A stretch of DNA of 64,000 nt from a virus. Taxonomy: Duplodnaviria; Caudoviricetes. Under the pieces are notes generated by a model, which searched no databases, had not been told where the DNA came from, and saw nothing but the letters and a program-made list of their open reading frames with translations. The stretch is taken from IMG/VR virus record IMGVR_UViG_3300006851_000007, positions 60,781-124,780 of that record. One strand, 5' to 3'. Positions 27,916 through 37,964 of this stretch are shown here, in pieces. Both the position numbers and the translations under genes were made by a program. Every line of letters starts with the position of its first letter. Within the stretch, counting starts at the first letter, position 1.

Positions 27916-28288
27916 AATTGAAAGTTTTATGATCCATGTGCCTGTGGATCATAGAGATCAACTCCAGGTCTGGACTGATTTCATCTACACTGGGAGACCT
28001 CATTGAGGGTTTCGCATCATCTAAAGCTCTGGACAATCTTTTTGAATTCTTTCTCTCCGCCTCATACAGGCGGGCGAATATAACCCCACCCCCCACAATA
28101 CCCGATATAAAAGCCGATATCGACGCTAAAATATAAAACTCGCGGAAAAAACACTCCGCGGAAATAACCACCAAAATAAACATTATCGGATAGTTGATCA
28201 CATCTTTGTATCCGAATTTGTTTCTAAAAAAATTTACAACCTTCTTCATAACCCTTCCTTTTGGTGATGAGAATGCCAGGCGCCCCAA
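27914..28288 (-). CDS. small membrane protein (2 TM)
   Basis: two hydrophobic segments; true start probably at the internal MKKVV. Confidence 0.55.
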   Translation of the reverse strand: MGRLAFSSPKGRVMKKVVNFFRNKFGYKDVINYPIMFILVVISAECFFREFYILASISAFISGIVGGGVIFARLYEAERKNSKRLSRALDDAKPSMRSPSVDEISPDLELISMIHRHMDHKTFN

Positions 28289-28327
28289 TTAGGAGAGAGA
28301 TGTATATATGTATACGGGGCGCCTGGC
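28275..28327. repeat. 12-bp perfect inverted repeat downstream of tRNA cluster
   Basis: GCCAGGCGCCCC ... GGGGCGCCTGGC. Confidence 0.75.
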
Positions 28328-28356
28328 TACCTGTGTTTCCACAGGATGCTTAATTA

Positions 28357-28430
28357 TCGGAATGGCAGGACTCGAACCTGCGACCTGCGGATTAGGAATC
28401 CGCCGCTCTATCCTGCTGAGCTACATCCCG
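28357..28430 (-). tRNA. tRNA-Arg (anticodon CCT, reads AGG)
   Basis: acceptor CGGGAUG/CAUUCCG; anticodon arm GCGGA-UU CCU AA-UCCGC; GGUUCGAGUCC T-arm; no encoded CCA. Confidence 0.93.
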
Positions 28431-28505
28431 TGGTGGACCTACCCGGACTCGAACCGAGACATGACCTGTTATGAGCAGGTGGCTCTACCATTGAGCTATA
28501 GGTCC
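28431..28505 (-). tRNA. tRNA with CAT anticodon, probably Ile2 (lysidine, reads ATA)
   Basis: acceptor GGACCUA/UAGGUCC + ACCA; anticodon loop CU CAU AA; acceptor stem resembles bacterial tRNA-Ile2 more than fMet/eMet. Confidence 0.85.
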
Positions 28506-28574
28506 AGATAGAGGAGGTTTTGGTGGCCGCGCCAACAGTCACTGTCTGCCTCCTCTCTCACCCTTCAGGGTGAA

Positions 28575-28648
<74 letters not shown>

Positions 28649-28671
28649 ATAGAGAAGTTTTCACTTCTCCT

Positions 28672-28715
28672 GGGTGCTAATATTATACCGCTAAACCGCG
28701 GATAATTTAGCACCC
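28672..28715. promoter_or_regulatory. overlapping divergent promoter pair within an inverted repeat
   Basis: minus: GCTAAA(28711)-N18-TATAAT towards the tRNAs; plus: GCTAAT(28676)-N19-GATAAT; flanked by GGGTGCTAA/TTAGCACCC. Confidence 0.6.
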
Positions 28716-28852
28716 TATATAGTTAACCCTTGTGTGTCAAGGGGTTGTTTTTGAGTCCAGCGCAGGCCGGTGCTGGACTCTATCAAATAACCCCCATCTA
28801 CTTTGGAGATGGGGAACCAATTACACTTATTACACTTATGATACCGACAAGG

Positions 28853-29077
28853 CTATTTTGTCTTGTCGATATCGCCCAGGACTTTGCCCGGACGGTACCC
28901 CCTCGGATGAGGGGTAAGGAGACAGCGGTACATCGCTGCCTCCAGAGAGCTTTGGGAGCACCAGGATGGGTCACCATCCAGATACTCCCTTAGGAGAACC
29001 AATTCTTTTAGGGAGATGTTTTCAAACATCTCCCGCCTCCTGACCTCTGCATCAAAAACATCATTAAGGTCTATCAT
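28853..29077 (-). CDS. small hypothetical protein
   Basis: AAGGAG RBS before ATG 29077 (ORF track starts at 29122); own promoter. Confidence 0.55.
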   Translation of the reverse strand: MIDLNDVFDAEVRRREMFENISLKELVLLREYLDGDPSWCSQSSLEAAMYRCLLTPHPRGYRPGKVLGDIDKTK

Positions 29078-29104
29078 ACATCTCTCCTTTTGGCCTGCAC
29101 ATAT

Positions 29105-29135
29105 ATTATCACTCATTTTCACCCCATCATTTAGC
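29105..29135 (-). promoter_or_regulatory. GCTAAA-N19-GATAAT promoter
   Basis: motif match upstream of the 29077 gene. Confidence 0.65.
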
Positions 29136-29169
29136 TGGTATAATGAGTGTTATTCCGAGCAGGTGAACC

Positions 29170-32100
29170 ATGAATTTTGATCAATACGACAACCAACTTC
29201 AGGACAACTTTGTATCATCCCAGCAAAGCCATGGTATGGATGCGGCTGTTAGAGATATATCCAGGGCTGCTCAAAACATCACCACAAGCTCGACAAGCCA
29301 GGCTAGACATAGCCAGTCTCTAGCACAAAGCGTCCAAATGACGCAGATGCAAATATCTAGCCTGACAAACCAAATTCAAGTACTCGTCAACCAGATGAGG
29401 ATGGATGGCATTAGGCAATCAACAGCCATGTCCACCCCACCTCCAATGCCCATGCCGATGAGTCCATCCCCAATGGCTGGGGCGTACCATCATGATCCTG
29501 GTGTATTCCAGTCCATGGTTATGCCTATGGCTAGCTCATTTGCCAACCAGAGGTTCGAGAGGATTGGTGGAGCAACCGAGCTGCTCGGTCACGGGCTGCA
29601 GTCCGGATATATCGGCACTCAGCACACGAATGTCGGGTTAGGCCTGGGACCCTTGCCAGGCATGCTTGACAGCCAGTCTGGCATCATATCTTCAGCGCTT
29701 AAGGAGGGAGCCCTGTTTTGGAACCCTGCCGCATCCAGACAATATTCTCTTGGTCAGTTTCAGAGAGCCAGGAGTTTTGGCATGCAGCAAGGTATAGGCG
29801 ACCTTATGTCTGGAGGAGCCTCGCTGGGGTTCAGCCTCCTGTCTGCCAGAAATCTTGCCAATATCGCTTCCTTAAAACTTGGACCACTGGGTAAGATTGC
29901 ATCAATATTTGGTATACCAGGTATGTTGGCGGCTCCGCTTGATGTGGCGAACCCTTTTGCGTTCCTGGGGTCTGAGATGGAAAGATCTATGGCCTTTGAG
30001 GGCGGCGCTCAAAGGGGTGCTCACCACTTCCTCAGGGGAAGGGTTAGCGATATGCCGGGACAGTGGACCATAGCGGAGCAGAAGGAGTTGGGACAAAGAC
30101 TGAGGAGGTTAACCCTCGAAGACCTCACTTACGATACAGATGAAATCGTTGATATACAGTCAAGCCTTGCTGAAAGTGGCCAAATGAGAGGTGTTCAGAC
30201 TATTGAACAATACGAAAAAAGATTCAAGGAGGCGATGTCCGTTCACAGGCAGGGCATGAAGGTGTTAAACCTTTCCAATCAAGAAATGATTGAACAAATG
30301 GAGGTCATGTATCGGGACCTCGGCATGACCCACAATGAGATGGGCGGCATGATAAGTAAGCTGTATGCCGGAGCTCACGTCACCGGAATATCTCCTGAGC
30401 AAATGGCTCAAGTGATGCAGGCTGGCGCCGGAAGGTCCAGACAGATGGGTTTACTCTCCAGGACGGGAGCTCAAGCAGCCCTTCATGCCAGCATGCTTGG
30501 GTCCACGGCCGCTACCATGGGTATGAATCAGGGTTTACTCGCTACCGTTGGTGGTGAATCCGGACTTGCAGACATAATCCATGCAGCCCAAATGAATTTT
30601 CTTTCTGGCAGTGGGGGAACGATGATGCTTCTCGGAGGATCGTACGGACAGGACATTGCCGGGGGTATAAATAGAGCTGCTGGGGGTATCCAAACCAGGG
30701 GTCAGCTACTTGATTTTGTCGCCAATAGACACACAGGTATTGACGGTATCGACAGTGTTGAAACTCAACTTCAAATGTTTTCACACATTTCGGGGGCCGT
30801 CGAGCAGATGGGTTTGGGTGGATCTCCAGACGAAAAGGCGAATGCCATGAAAATTGTGGCACAAAGCATGTTCGGGTTAGACGGCCCGTCCGCCGACGCC
30901 CTTATTCAATCGTTTGCAAGCCTTCCTGAATCTATTGAGAGCAGAATCCGTCTAGAAAATCAAGCGAGGCTGGACTATGAGCTCGATATCCATAGAGAGC
31001 AAAGATCTCCGATTAATAGAATGAGGAGAGCGAGAAGAAGGGGTTTCGACAAGGTAGCCTCACCCACCTTAAGTTACGCAGGCAGCCTGACGTCATCTGT
31101 CTCTGGCTCGATGTCTGAAGCGATTAGAAATATGTCCGATAGGTGGCATGGTGTTGGTGGCAGATCCCATTTCAATATGGATAACATCTCCAGGATAGAG
31201 GAAGATTTTGAGGAGATGCTATTCTCAGACCCACTCATGAACTCATCAAGCATAGGTGAGGACCTGCTGGATCTCCTGGAGCTACCATCCACGGGTAGAG
31301 ATGCTGGATATCATTTTAGGGGCCTCCACATAGGAGAGGCGAGAGACCTGCAAAGAAGGCTTCGGAGAGATCTTGGCAGAGAGGTTTCCCATGAGGAGGT
31401 TGCATATTTTATAAGAGAGAGCAATCCTAATAATACCGGGGATAGTAAAGCTTCTGAATATTTAAACCTTGTCGGGGAAACTGGAATGGCGGCCGCGCTA
31501 GAGCAATCGTCTGTAAGCAAGGAAGAGGTTGTAAAAGGATTTAAAAAACAGGTCCGCAGCCTCTCCATGGCCGTACCTCTACCTAATGAGGAAAGGTTAT
31601 TATCAGCACTTTCTCGAGAGAGTATGAGAGAACTGTCCGAGGCTCTAGAGTGGTTTGTAATACATAAAGGGGGAGAGAGGGCCCAGCCGCACGCAGACAA
31701 AATATTGTCATCTTATCAAAAAATAATGGACAGCGGAGACCCCGACCTCATTCAGACCGCAAAGGCAACTATGAACAACCTTGGGGTTTCAATTGATGGT
31801 GATAAGGTTGTGTATGAAGACGGCGCAGGTAGAAAGTTTCTAGAGTTGACCACCCGGGGAGAATCTCGCACAGCAAGAGCCACCCTGTTTAGAAGATCCG
31901 CCGAGCTTGCGTCAGGAATACTCAGCAGTGAGGCGGTATCCCACTCTATAGCTGACAGCCTTGGGAGCGTAGGCGTCACTTTAGACACGGATGAATTTTT
32001 TAAACACGGTACACCCAACATGAGGGAGCTAAGAAGAACTATTGAAAATCTCAGTGAGGGGGATATCGAGAGGCTTAGGAGTCAAGATGATGCCATTTCT

Positions 32101-32364
32101 AGAGCTTTGATTACATTCCATCAAAGCGATAGCGTAACTGATGAACAATATATAGACCTTGCTAAAGCTCTCGCTGTGAATAATGCCTCAGCGTCCATTG
32201 GAGACAGGGTGGGTGGTCCTGGAAGTTCTCACCTTTATGCAGGGGATAACGAAACCAACTTTATACGCCTGGCTCATGAAAATAATCAAATCAGCCAATC
32301 TCTACTCAATGCAGTACTGAGACAAAACGAATTACTTGAAGCCATTAAGAGGCGACAGCAATGA
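29170..32364 (+). CDS. tail tape measure protein
   Basis: 1064 aa, helical and Ala/Gly/Met/Gln-rich; after chaperones, before hub genes. Confidence 0.8.
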   Translation: MNFDQYDNQLQDNFVSSQQSHGMDAAVRDISRAAQNITTSSTSQARHSQSLAQSVQMTQMQISSLTNQIQVLVNQMRMDGIRQSTAMSTPPPMPMPMSPSPMAGAYHHDPGVFQSMVMPMASSFANQRFERIGGATELLGHGLQSGYIGTQHTNVGLGLGPLPGMLDSQSGIISSALKEGALFWNPAASRQYSLGQFQRARSFGMQQGIGDLMSGGASLGFSLLSARNLANIASLKLGPLGKIASIFGIPGMLAAPLDVANPFAFLGSEMERSMAFEGGAQRGAHHFLRGRVSDMPGQWTIAEQKELGQRLRRLTLEDLTYDTDEIVDIQSSLAESGQMRGVQTIEQYEKRFKEAMSVHRQGMKVLNLSNQEMIEQMEVMYRDLGMTHNEMGGMISKLYAGAHVTGISPEQMAQVMQAGAGRSRQMGLLSRTGAQAALHASMLGSTAATMGMNQGLLATVGGESGLADIIHAAQMNFLSGSGGTMMLLGGSYGQDIAGGINRAAGGIQTRGQLLDFVANRHTGIDGIDSVETQLQMFSHISGAVEQMGLGGSPDEKANAMKIVAQSMFGLDGPSADALIQSFASLPESIESRIRLENQARLDYELDIHREQRSPINRMRRARRRGFDKVASPTLSYAGSLTSSVSGSMSEAIRNMSDRWHGVGGRSHFNMDNISRIEEDFEEMLFSDPLMNSSSIGEDLLDLLELPSTGRDAGYHFRGLHIGEARDLQRRLRRDLGREVSHEEVAYFIRESNPNNTGDSKASEYLNLVGETGMAAALEQSSVSKEEVVKGFKKQVRSLSMAVPLPNEERLLSALSRESMRELSEALEWFVIHKGGERAQPHADKILSSYQKIMDSGDPDLIQTAKATMNNLGVSIDGDKVVYEDGAGRKFLELTTRGESRTARATLFRRSAELASGILSSEAVSHSIADSLGSVGVTLDTDEFFKHGTPNMRELRRTIENLSEGDIERLRSQDDAISRALITFHQSDSVTDEQYIDLAKALAVNNASASIGDRVGGPGSSHLYAGDNETNFIRLAHENNQISQSLLNAVLRQNELLEAIKRRQQ

Positions 32365-33710
32365 GTATATTATCCAAGATATTCCCAGATTCTTCTGGAG
32401 ACACTACCATATTTGGTCCTAACGAACATGTGGATACTTCAATAGCCATATCCGCCCACCAGGCAATGAAGGGTGGGATGTCTGGCGGAGGTGGTATCAC
32501 GTCAGATGTGCCGACGTATGGCACCCTTGGTGGGGTCAATATAGGTAAAACAATAGCCCTGTCAGAGAGCTATAGAGCCAACCTCCTCAGGCATCATGGG
32601 AGAGATATAAGATTTACGTCAACTGGAGACTATGCAATAGATACGGGAATCAAAAAAGGGTCTAAAGTTATCGTCAAGATCGTCCCAGAGTCTGACAATC
32701 TTGATGGATCGTGGGACGATAGAATAAGAGCTCAGGCATCCGGAGGTACTGTGGTGTTCCCACACTTTTCTGTGGCTAACATAAACCAAACAGAAAACGC
32801 AAGGATGCAAATACACGAAACTTTTGGGGCTGACTTTATCCAGTCTTTCGGAGACAGGCCAGTCATGATCAGCCTGTCCGGGTATATCCTGAACGGAAAT
32901 ATAGAAGTTAGATATGGCAACGAAATAAGGAACATGGACTGGAAAAACGCCTTCATGAGGCAATATAAAAACAGATTTTCTTTAACCAACTGTGTAAAAA
33001 ATAGAGAAAAAATAAGAATATTTGCTGAGGATACCATATGGGACGGGTACCTTATTAACCTCACATCAAACGTCACCTCAGAAATGCAGTCTGGAGCCCA
33101 GGTCTCATTCACCATGGTTCTGGCTGATGAGGGCTACTCTTCTAATATGGATCAAAATATACCAGGATTTGTTAGAAGCGATGGTTCTGGTTATATATAC
33201 GACACCCTGGCTAGAGAGGTGTCGCTGGAGGAGTACTTTCAGGCAGATTACACATCGGAGGTTGAAAGAGAAATAGGGTGGCTCAATACAGAAATAGATA
33301 GATTGAAGCGTGAGATAGAGATGGAAGCAAACAACAGTAGGCCTCTAGCATCTCTTGAAGGTATTGACACAGACTCTTATTTTACATCCGAAGGGGGCGT
33401 AGTTATGCACCAAGCCCTAAAGGGGTCTGACATAGAAGATCTTGTAACGAGCTCAGACAATCAGGTGAGAGAGTCCGCCTCAATGGTGCTGGAGTACAAT
33501 AAAAAATTTCACAACTCATCAAACTCCCTGGAGCTAGAGCCCCTGCCGGGAGATGCTAGTGACGATCAGGTCGGTGAGTTTAAACGCATATCAGATTTTG
33601 TGGCCCTCGCTAATGGTAAATCTCTCATATCCACTTTCAGGGTGGAGTTTATCAACAGTTTGTGCGAAAATTACATCAAACGGATTAATGAATTGAGGAT
33701 TTTATCATGA
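32361..33710 (+). CDS. putative tube-initiator/baseplate hub-associated protein
   Basis: follows tape measure; QIHETFGADFIQSFGDRPVMISLSGYILN segment. Confidence 0.45.
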   Translation: MSILSKIFPDSSGDTTIFGPNEHVDTSIAISAHQAMKGGMSGGGGITSDVPTYGTLGGVNIGKTIALSESYRANLLRHHGRDIRFTSTGDYAIDTGIKKGSKVIVKIVPESDNLDGSWDDRIRAQASGGTVVFPHFSVANINQTENARMQIHETFGADFIQSFGDRPVMISLSGYILNGNIEVRYGNEIRNMDWKNAFMRQYKNRFSLTNCVKNREKIRIFAEDTIWDGYLINLTSNVTSEMQSGAQVSFTMVLADEGYSSNMDQNIPGFVRSDGSGYIYDTLAREVSLEEYFQADYTSEVEREIGWLNTEIDRLKREIEMEANNSRPLASLEGIDTDSYFTSEGGVVMHQALKGSDIEDLVTSSDNQVRESASMVLEYNKKFHNSSNSLELEPLPGDASDDQVGEFKRISDFVALANGKSLISTFRVEFINSLCENYIKRINELRILS

Positions 33711-34612
33711 ACGCGGTTATGGTGACCCCTGAGTCCGGGAGTGTGAATATCAACCCTGAGACAGAAGTGGTGGTTATATTTAAATATGGCTCCATGCCTG
33801 ATGTTAATATTAAGATTAATGGTGAAGATGCTGTTATTGATGGAAAGACATGTAAAGGTTTTGTAACCCTGTCGTCTAAAGAGTTTGACGATAAGATCAT
33901 ATGGTCTTTGAGAAAGGTGGGAGGGTTTCCACAGGGTAGCGTTCTAGTGCAGGCGTCAACGTCTCCATTTTGCTATACCGTAAGTCAGCACTTTTTTACA
34001 CAAGGGGCAAAAACTGTAGCCAACTTTTATACCCATGGCCAAAGGTGGGCACCGACAAGAAGTGGAGTTTTTGTATCAGATGGAACCCCGTCTAGATATA
34101 ATGTTGATGTTGAGGCATTCGTTCCAAGGAAAGTTATCGATAAGTACCCCAAGTTTGACTTTGGCATCAGAGAAGACTCGTGGGTGTTTGTGGGATGTGC
34201 CAACAACGATGTGTTTATCATTTCTAATGACTTTGAGACAACCATACCGTTTAGCGCCGATGCAGTTTCAGTATGTAGAGACAATATAAACCTTCACTTA
34301 AAAGATGGCTCCACCGCCCACTTGCCATTCGGGTATCTGACTAAAAGCATGGACGACGGGTGGCTTATAAAAGAGTCTTTTGGTAAGAAGAATTCGGAAT
34401 TTTACGATAACCTTGTGGTAAAATGGGATAATGACGGGTTTGTTTCATGCAGAAACATCAACCCATTGACAGGAAGGTCGGATGATATGCTTTGGACCTC
34501 CAGTGACATCGGAAGCGAAATAAAAGCACTCAGTATTGTCTCAGACGACCTCATTCTCGTAAATGGTTCCGTCATTATTGACGCCAAGAATCCGGAGGTC
34601 TCCTACTTATGA
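33707..34612 (+). CDS. hypothetical virion protein (Ig-like N-terminus)
   Basis: VTPESGSVNINPETEVVVIF Ig-like start; coupled in tail operon. Confidence 0.45.
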   Translation: MNAVMVTPESGSVNINPETEVVVIFKYGSMPDVNIKINGEDAVIDGKTCKGFVTLSSKEFDDKIIWSLRKVGGFPQGSVLVQASTSPFCYTVSQHFFTQGAKTVANFYTHGQRWAPTRSGVFVSDGTPSRYNVDVEAFVPRKVIDKYPKFDFGIREDSWVFVGCANNDVFIISNDFETTIPFSADAVSVCRDNINLHLKDGSTAHLPFGYLTKSMDDGWLIKESFGKKNSEFYDNLVVKWDNDGFVSCRNINPLTGRSDDMLWTSSDIGSEIKALSIVSDDLILVNGSVIIDAKNPEVSYL

Positions 34613-36180
34613 GGAAGCCTGTATACGCAGATTTTGTAGAGGTTCGAGTTTTTATTGAGGGTGTGCTGTTTCCTTATGCCAAGAGTATATCCGTATCTAG
34701 CACAAGAAGTTCCGTGTCCTGCAGTATTGAAGTCCCTCCATCAATAAAACTAAGACCCGAGGAGTGGGCTGGTGCAACCTGTCACATATTTTACGCAAAC
34801 AAAAGAGTGTATGATAAGTTCGGACCATCATCGCCGAACTCTATCTCAGACTGGCCCATTCTGTTTCAGGGGGAGCTTGTTGGATCCTCCCATCAAAATA
34901 CCGTTTCTAGTGAAAATGTTGTTCTCGAGTTTACGGGACATTCTAAACACTTCGACCAAACGCTGTTATTTTACTACTCTCCTGATAGGGAAAACCCTCT
35001 CAACGTCATCAATCAGGCGATGTTTCTTGGCAATACCCAGATAGACCTAGATTTTTCTGGCGTTATATCAAGAACATCAACCATTCTTGCGACCCTTCAG
35101 AACCGCTTAGACAAGATTGATAGCATAGACACAAACAGGAATATAGCTTTTACGTCCATTATTCTTGATATTTTAAGACAGGCTAGAGACAGACATATAA
35201 CATTTAAGATATTCGACGATAAGTTAAAGCTCACCAGCAGGTTTGCCTCATATGTTGACCCTGACATCAAGAATATGATAACTCTTGAAATACTGAGAAA
35301 TATAATCGATCAAAAATTCCAAGCACTGGATTCTAACACATCCCTTATGAGGATTATGGAGATAGCCACAAACTATCTGAAGTACGACTGGGTACACATC
35401 CCTCAACCACACCTCAGAAAGCGAGCCTATGAGCTTGTAGAGACACAGCCGGACGCTCAAACATCCCGCTTACCCTCTACGGTGGACGCTGCTGTGAGTA
35501 AGTTGGTGTCTAACTTTAAACAGGGATTGAGATCGATAGATATCGAAGGGGGAATTGTAAGTATTCCACCAAATGTCACCAGGACCCACAACCTATTATC
35601 CAAGGAAGAGTTTACGAGATGGGTTTATATGGTAATAGACTCAGGTGGAGTCAGTGATGATGGTGCTGTCAGCGATGCTGTCCAGAAGGTCATAGACAGT
35701 GGAATGTTTGTATCTATTCATCAGGCTAGAGGTAAACAGGACTCAGCACCCAAGAAACCAAACGAGATAGATTCTGTAATTCAGGATATAAACTCCGGAG
35801 ACCCAGGTGACGATAATCCTATAAACGTTATCGATTTGCTGAAGAAAGATCAGGACGAGCTAACCACAAGAGATGAGCTTAATGAGTTTGTTGTTGTGCC
35901 AAATATGCAGTTCTCGCAACCACCAAGATGCAATGTAATCATGCCCTATAACCTCACATCGTACGGGATGGTTAGATCTCATACAACAGAACCAACAAGG
36001 TTGTATGGCAGGTTTCACTTCTCTCCAGACAAGGGGGAGGATCTTGTTGAGTGGTATCTTGCTCCGTCTTCCCAATGTTTCTACTACACTGACGATGATA
36101 ATATCAGTAAGTTTAGTGCCGCATATCAGGACTATGTGGATAATATAGGACCAGTTGGTCTTTCTGAAGGGGATTATTAG
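34609..36180 (+). CDS. putative baseplate hub protein, N-terminal part
   Basis: VRVFIEGV..ILFQGELVG hub-like beta strands; PPRCNVIMP; GGAGG RBS. Confidence 0.5.
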   Translation: MRKPVYADFVEVRVFIEGVLFPYAKSISVSSTRSSVSCSIEVPPSIKLRPEEWAGATCHIFYANKRVYDKFGPSSPNSISDWPILFQGELVGSSHQNTVSSENVVLEFTGHSKHFDQTLLFYYSPDRENPLNVINQAMFLGNTQIDLDFSGVISRTSTILATLQNRLDKIDSIDTNRNIAFTSIILDILRQARDRHITFKIFDDKLKLTSRFASYVDPDIKNMITLEILRNIIDQKFQALDSNTSLMRIMEIATNYLKYDWVHIPQPHLRKRAYELVETQPDAQTSRLPSTVDAAVSKLVSNFKQGLRSIDIEGGIVSIPPNVTRTHNLLSKEEFTRWVYMVIDSGGVSDDGAVSDAVQKVIDSGMFVSIHQARGKQDSAPKKPNEIDSVIQDINSGDPGDDNPINVIDLLKKDQDELTTRDELNEFVVVPNMQFSQPPRCNVIMPYNLTSYGMVRSHTTEPTRLYGRFHFSPDKGEDLVEWYLAPSSQCFYYTDDDNISKFSAAYQDYVDNIGPVGLSEGDY

Positions 36181-36185
36181 CAAGC

Positions 36186-37964
36186 ATGATCAATCAACTT
36201 GAAGAATACCTCAGACCTGCAAATAGAAGGTTCTCGGTAAAAGACATTGTTCATCATAAGAACAGAAATTGGAGCGGGGAGAGATATGTAATACCACAAA
36301 GAGATTTGTGGGAAAACATGAGATTCACCATAGACTTCATAGAATCTTATATTGTCCCCCCTATAGAGAGCAGGATAAGACAGCAGGCTGTTATATCTGT
36401 ACAGTCTGGATACCGATCTCCCAGCTATAATAGGCTGGTAAGGGGTTCGCCCAACAGCATGCACGTCAGGTTTGCAGCGCTTGACTTGAAGCCTGTAAAT
36501 TTCAACATGATGCTATTTAGGGAAATTTGCGACGAGGTGTTTTGGGAATACGGCATTCATTATAATATGGGTCTCGGGTTTTATGATACCTTCATTCATA
36601 TTGATGCATCTCAAAACAAGTTGAGGAAGGCGCCATATACCTGGTTTAGAGTAAACAGCCAAAACATCAAGAGGGAAAGGGGCCAGCTAGTCCCTGCGTC
36701 GGGAACGGGCTCCCCTATGTCAATGGAGGGGGGTGATGGGTCAACCATGCCTTCTGACGACTATCTGTTTGATGAGGGTGTACAAAAGAGGCTGCATCTT
36801 GATGTTATGGATATGGGTAGATTCCTTACCCCTGAAGAGTATAGAAAGGGTATAGTTGCACAAATATATTATGTTAGCGATTGGCATTTATCGGCAGCCA
36901 GCAATAGTGAGAACCTTTCTAATAAAGACATGCAGGCGTCAGGGGAGAGTGATCAAAGCCTTATGTCTGTTGACGATGCCATAAGAGACATAAACAGCAC
37001 TCCAGATAGCCCTCCTGCGGGTGAGGTAAACTACGACCGAGACAGGGGAGACCTATCCCTGGATCCGAGAAAAAGATACATAATGTCTCTGGTGGATGCC
37101 GAGTTTTACAGGAGGAGGTTGGGATCAAGGCAGGTCCCTGCTGTCACAGGCCCTTTTAATCCATATCCTGTCGCAGGATTTCCCGCTTTAGTTATGACTC
37201 CCGGCAGACCAATCATAGGTATGGCGGAGTCTGTGTCCCACCATATAGACGTGGCAAGTGGCAGTGGAACTACATCGGTATCTATAAGTCAACCAAGATA
37301 TTGGGATGAGGGCGACGTATGGCATTGGGCTGGGGGTTGGAGTATGGATGACTGGTCTAATACGCAGTCTCCGAAATCTAACTACAGACATCTATACCAG
37401 AGGTTCCCTCTCTGGCAAAACAGGCACACTGTCGCAACCAACAATTACGACTTCTCTACAAGAAGTGTAACCAGGTCCACCCCTCTGGATAATTTTTATA
37501 AATTTATACTTGGTTGTAGCGCCATACCTTACGTCTCCAACAACAAGGACAAAGTTTCCAATACCGAGGTTTTAGAAGCAGCTATACGAGATAGGCGCCC
37601 TGGAAATTTCGAGGTCAATCCCGAAACTTTGGAGATCAAGGATTACAACGAGTATATTGCATCCCTTGATGATCAGAATAAGTTCAGACCCGGGACTTTA
37701 GCGTTTGAACTTTTTGGACATATGGAACCATACGACTCAAATGAGTCCACCGCATCCGTCCAGTCTCAAGTGGAGTATACTGAGAGATACGGAGTGACAG
37801 AAAGAGAGCTTCTGGTTGATTTTCTAGAAAACAAATACGACGAGCACAAAGGGGTTGTTGTCCTAAAGGGAAGAACATTTGGAGAAAAGGGGAACAACCT
37901 ACAAAGAAGCATCGTAGATTATATAAAAGATATAGAAAGGAGGTCACTAAGTGCGCCAAAGTGA
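36186..37964 (+). CDS. peptidase M15 domain fused to hub-like C-terminal region
   Basis: SGYRSPSYNRLVRG..SMH..ALDL..FIHID followed by GPFNPYPVAGFPALV..SVSHHID. Confidence 0.7.
   Translation: MINQLEEYLRPANRRFSVKDIVHHKNRNWSGERYVIPQRDLWENMRFTIDFIESYIVPPIESRIRQQAVISVQSGYRSPSYNRLVRGSPNSMHVRFAALDLKPVNFNMMLFREICDEVFWEYGIHYNMGLGFYDTFIHIDASQNKLRKAPYTWFRVNSQNIKRERGQLVPASGTGSPMSMEGGDGSTMPSDDYLFDEGVQKRLHLDVMDMGRFLTPEEYRKGIVAQIYYVSDWHLSAASNSENLSNKDMQASGESDQSLMSVDDAIRDINSTPDSPPAGEVNYDRDRGDLSLDPRKRYIMSLVDAEFYRRRLGSRQVPAVTGPFNPYPVAGFPALVMTPGRPIIGMAESVSHHIDVASGSGTTSVSISQPRYWDEGDVWHWAGGWSMDDWSNTQSPKSNYRHLYQRFPLWQNRHTVATNNYDFSTRSVTRSTPLDNFYKFILGCSAIPYVSNNKDKVSNTEVLEAAIRDRRPGNFEVNPETLEIKDYNEYIASLDDQNKFRPGTLAFELFGHMEPYDSNESTASVQSQVEYTERYGVTERELLVDFLENKYDEHKGVVVLKGRTFGEKGNNLQRSIVDYIKDIERRSLSAPK

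Noticed and set aside
28308-28511. 67-aa plus-strand ORF
   Set aside because: It is the antisense of two tRNA genes.
36178-36190. TAG read-through fusing the two hub genes, or stop-codon reassignment
   Set aside because: The downstream gene is in a different frame and read-through hits TGA two codons later; long genes are intact under code 11, with TAA, TAG and TGA all used as stops.
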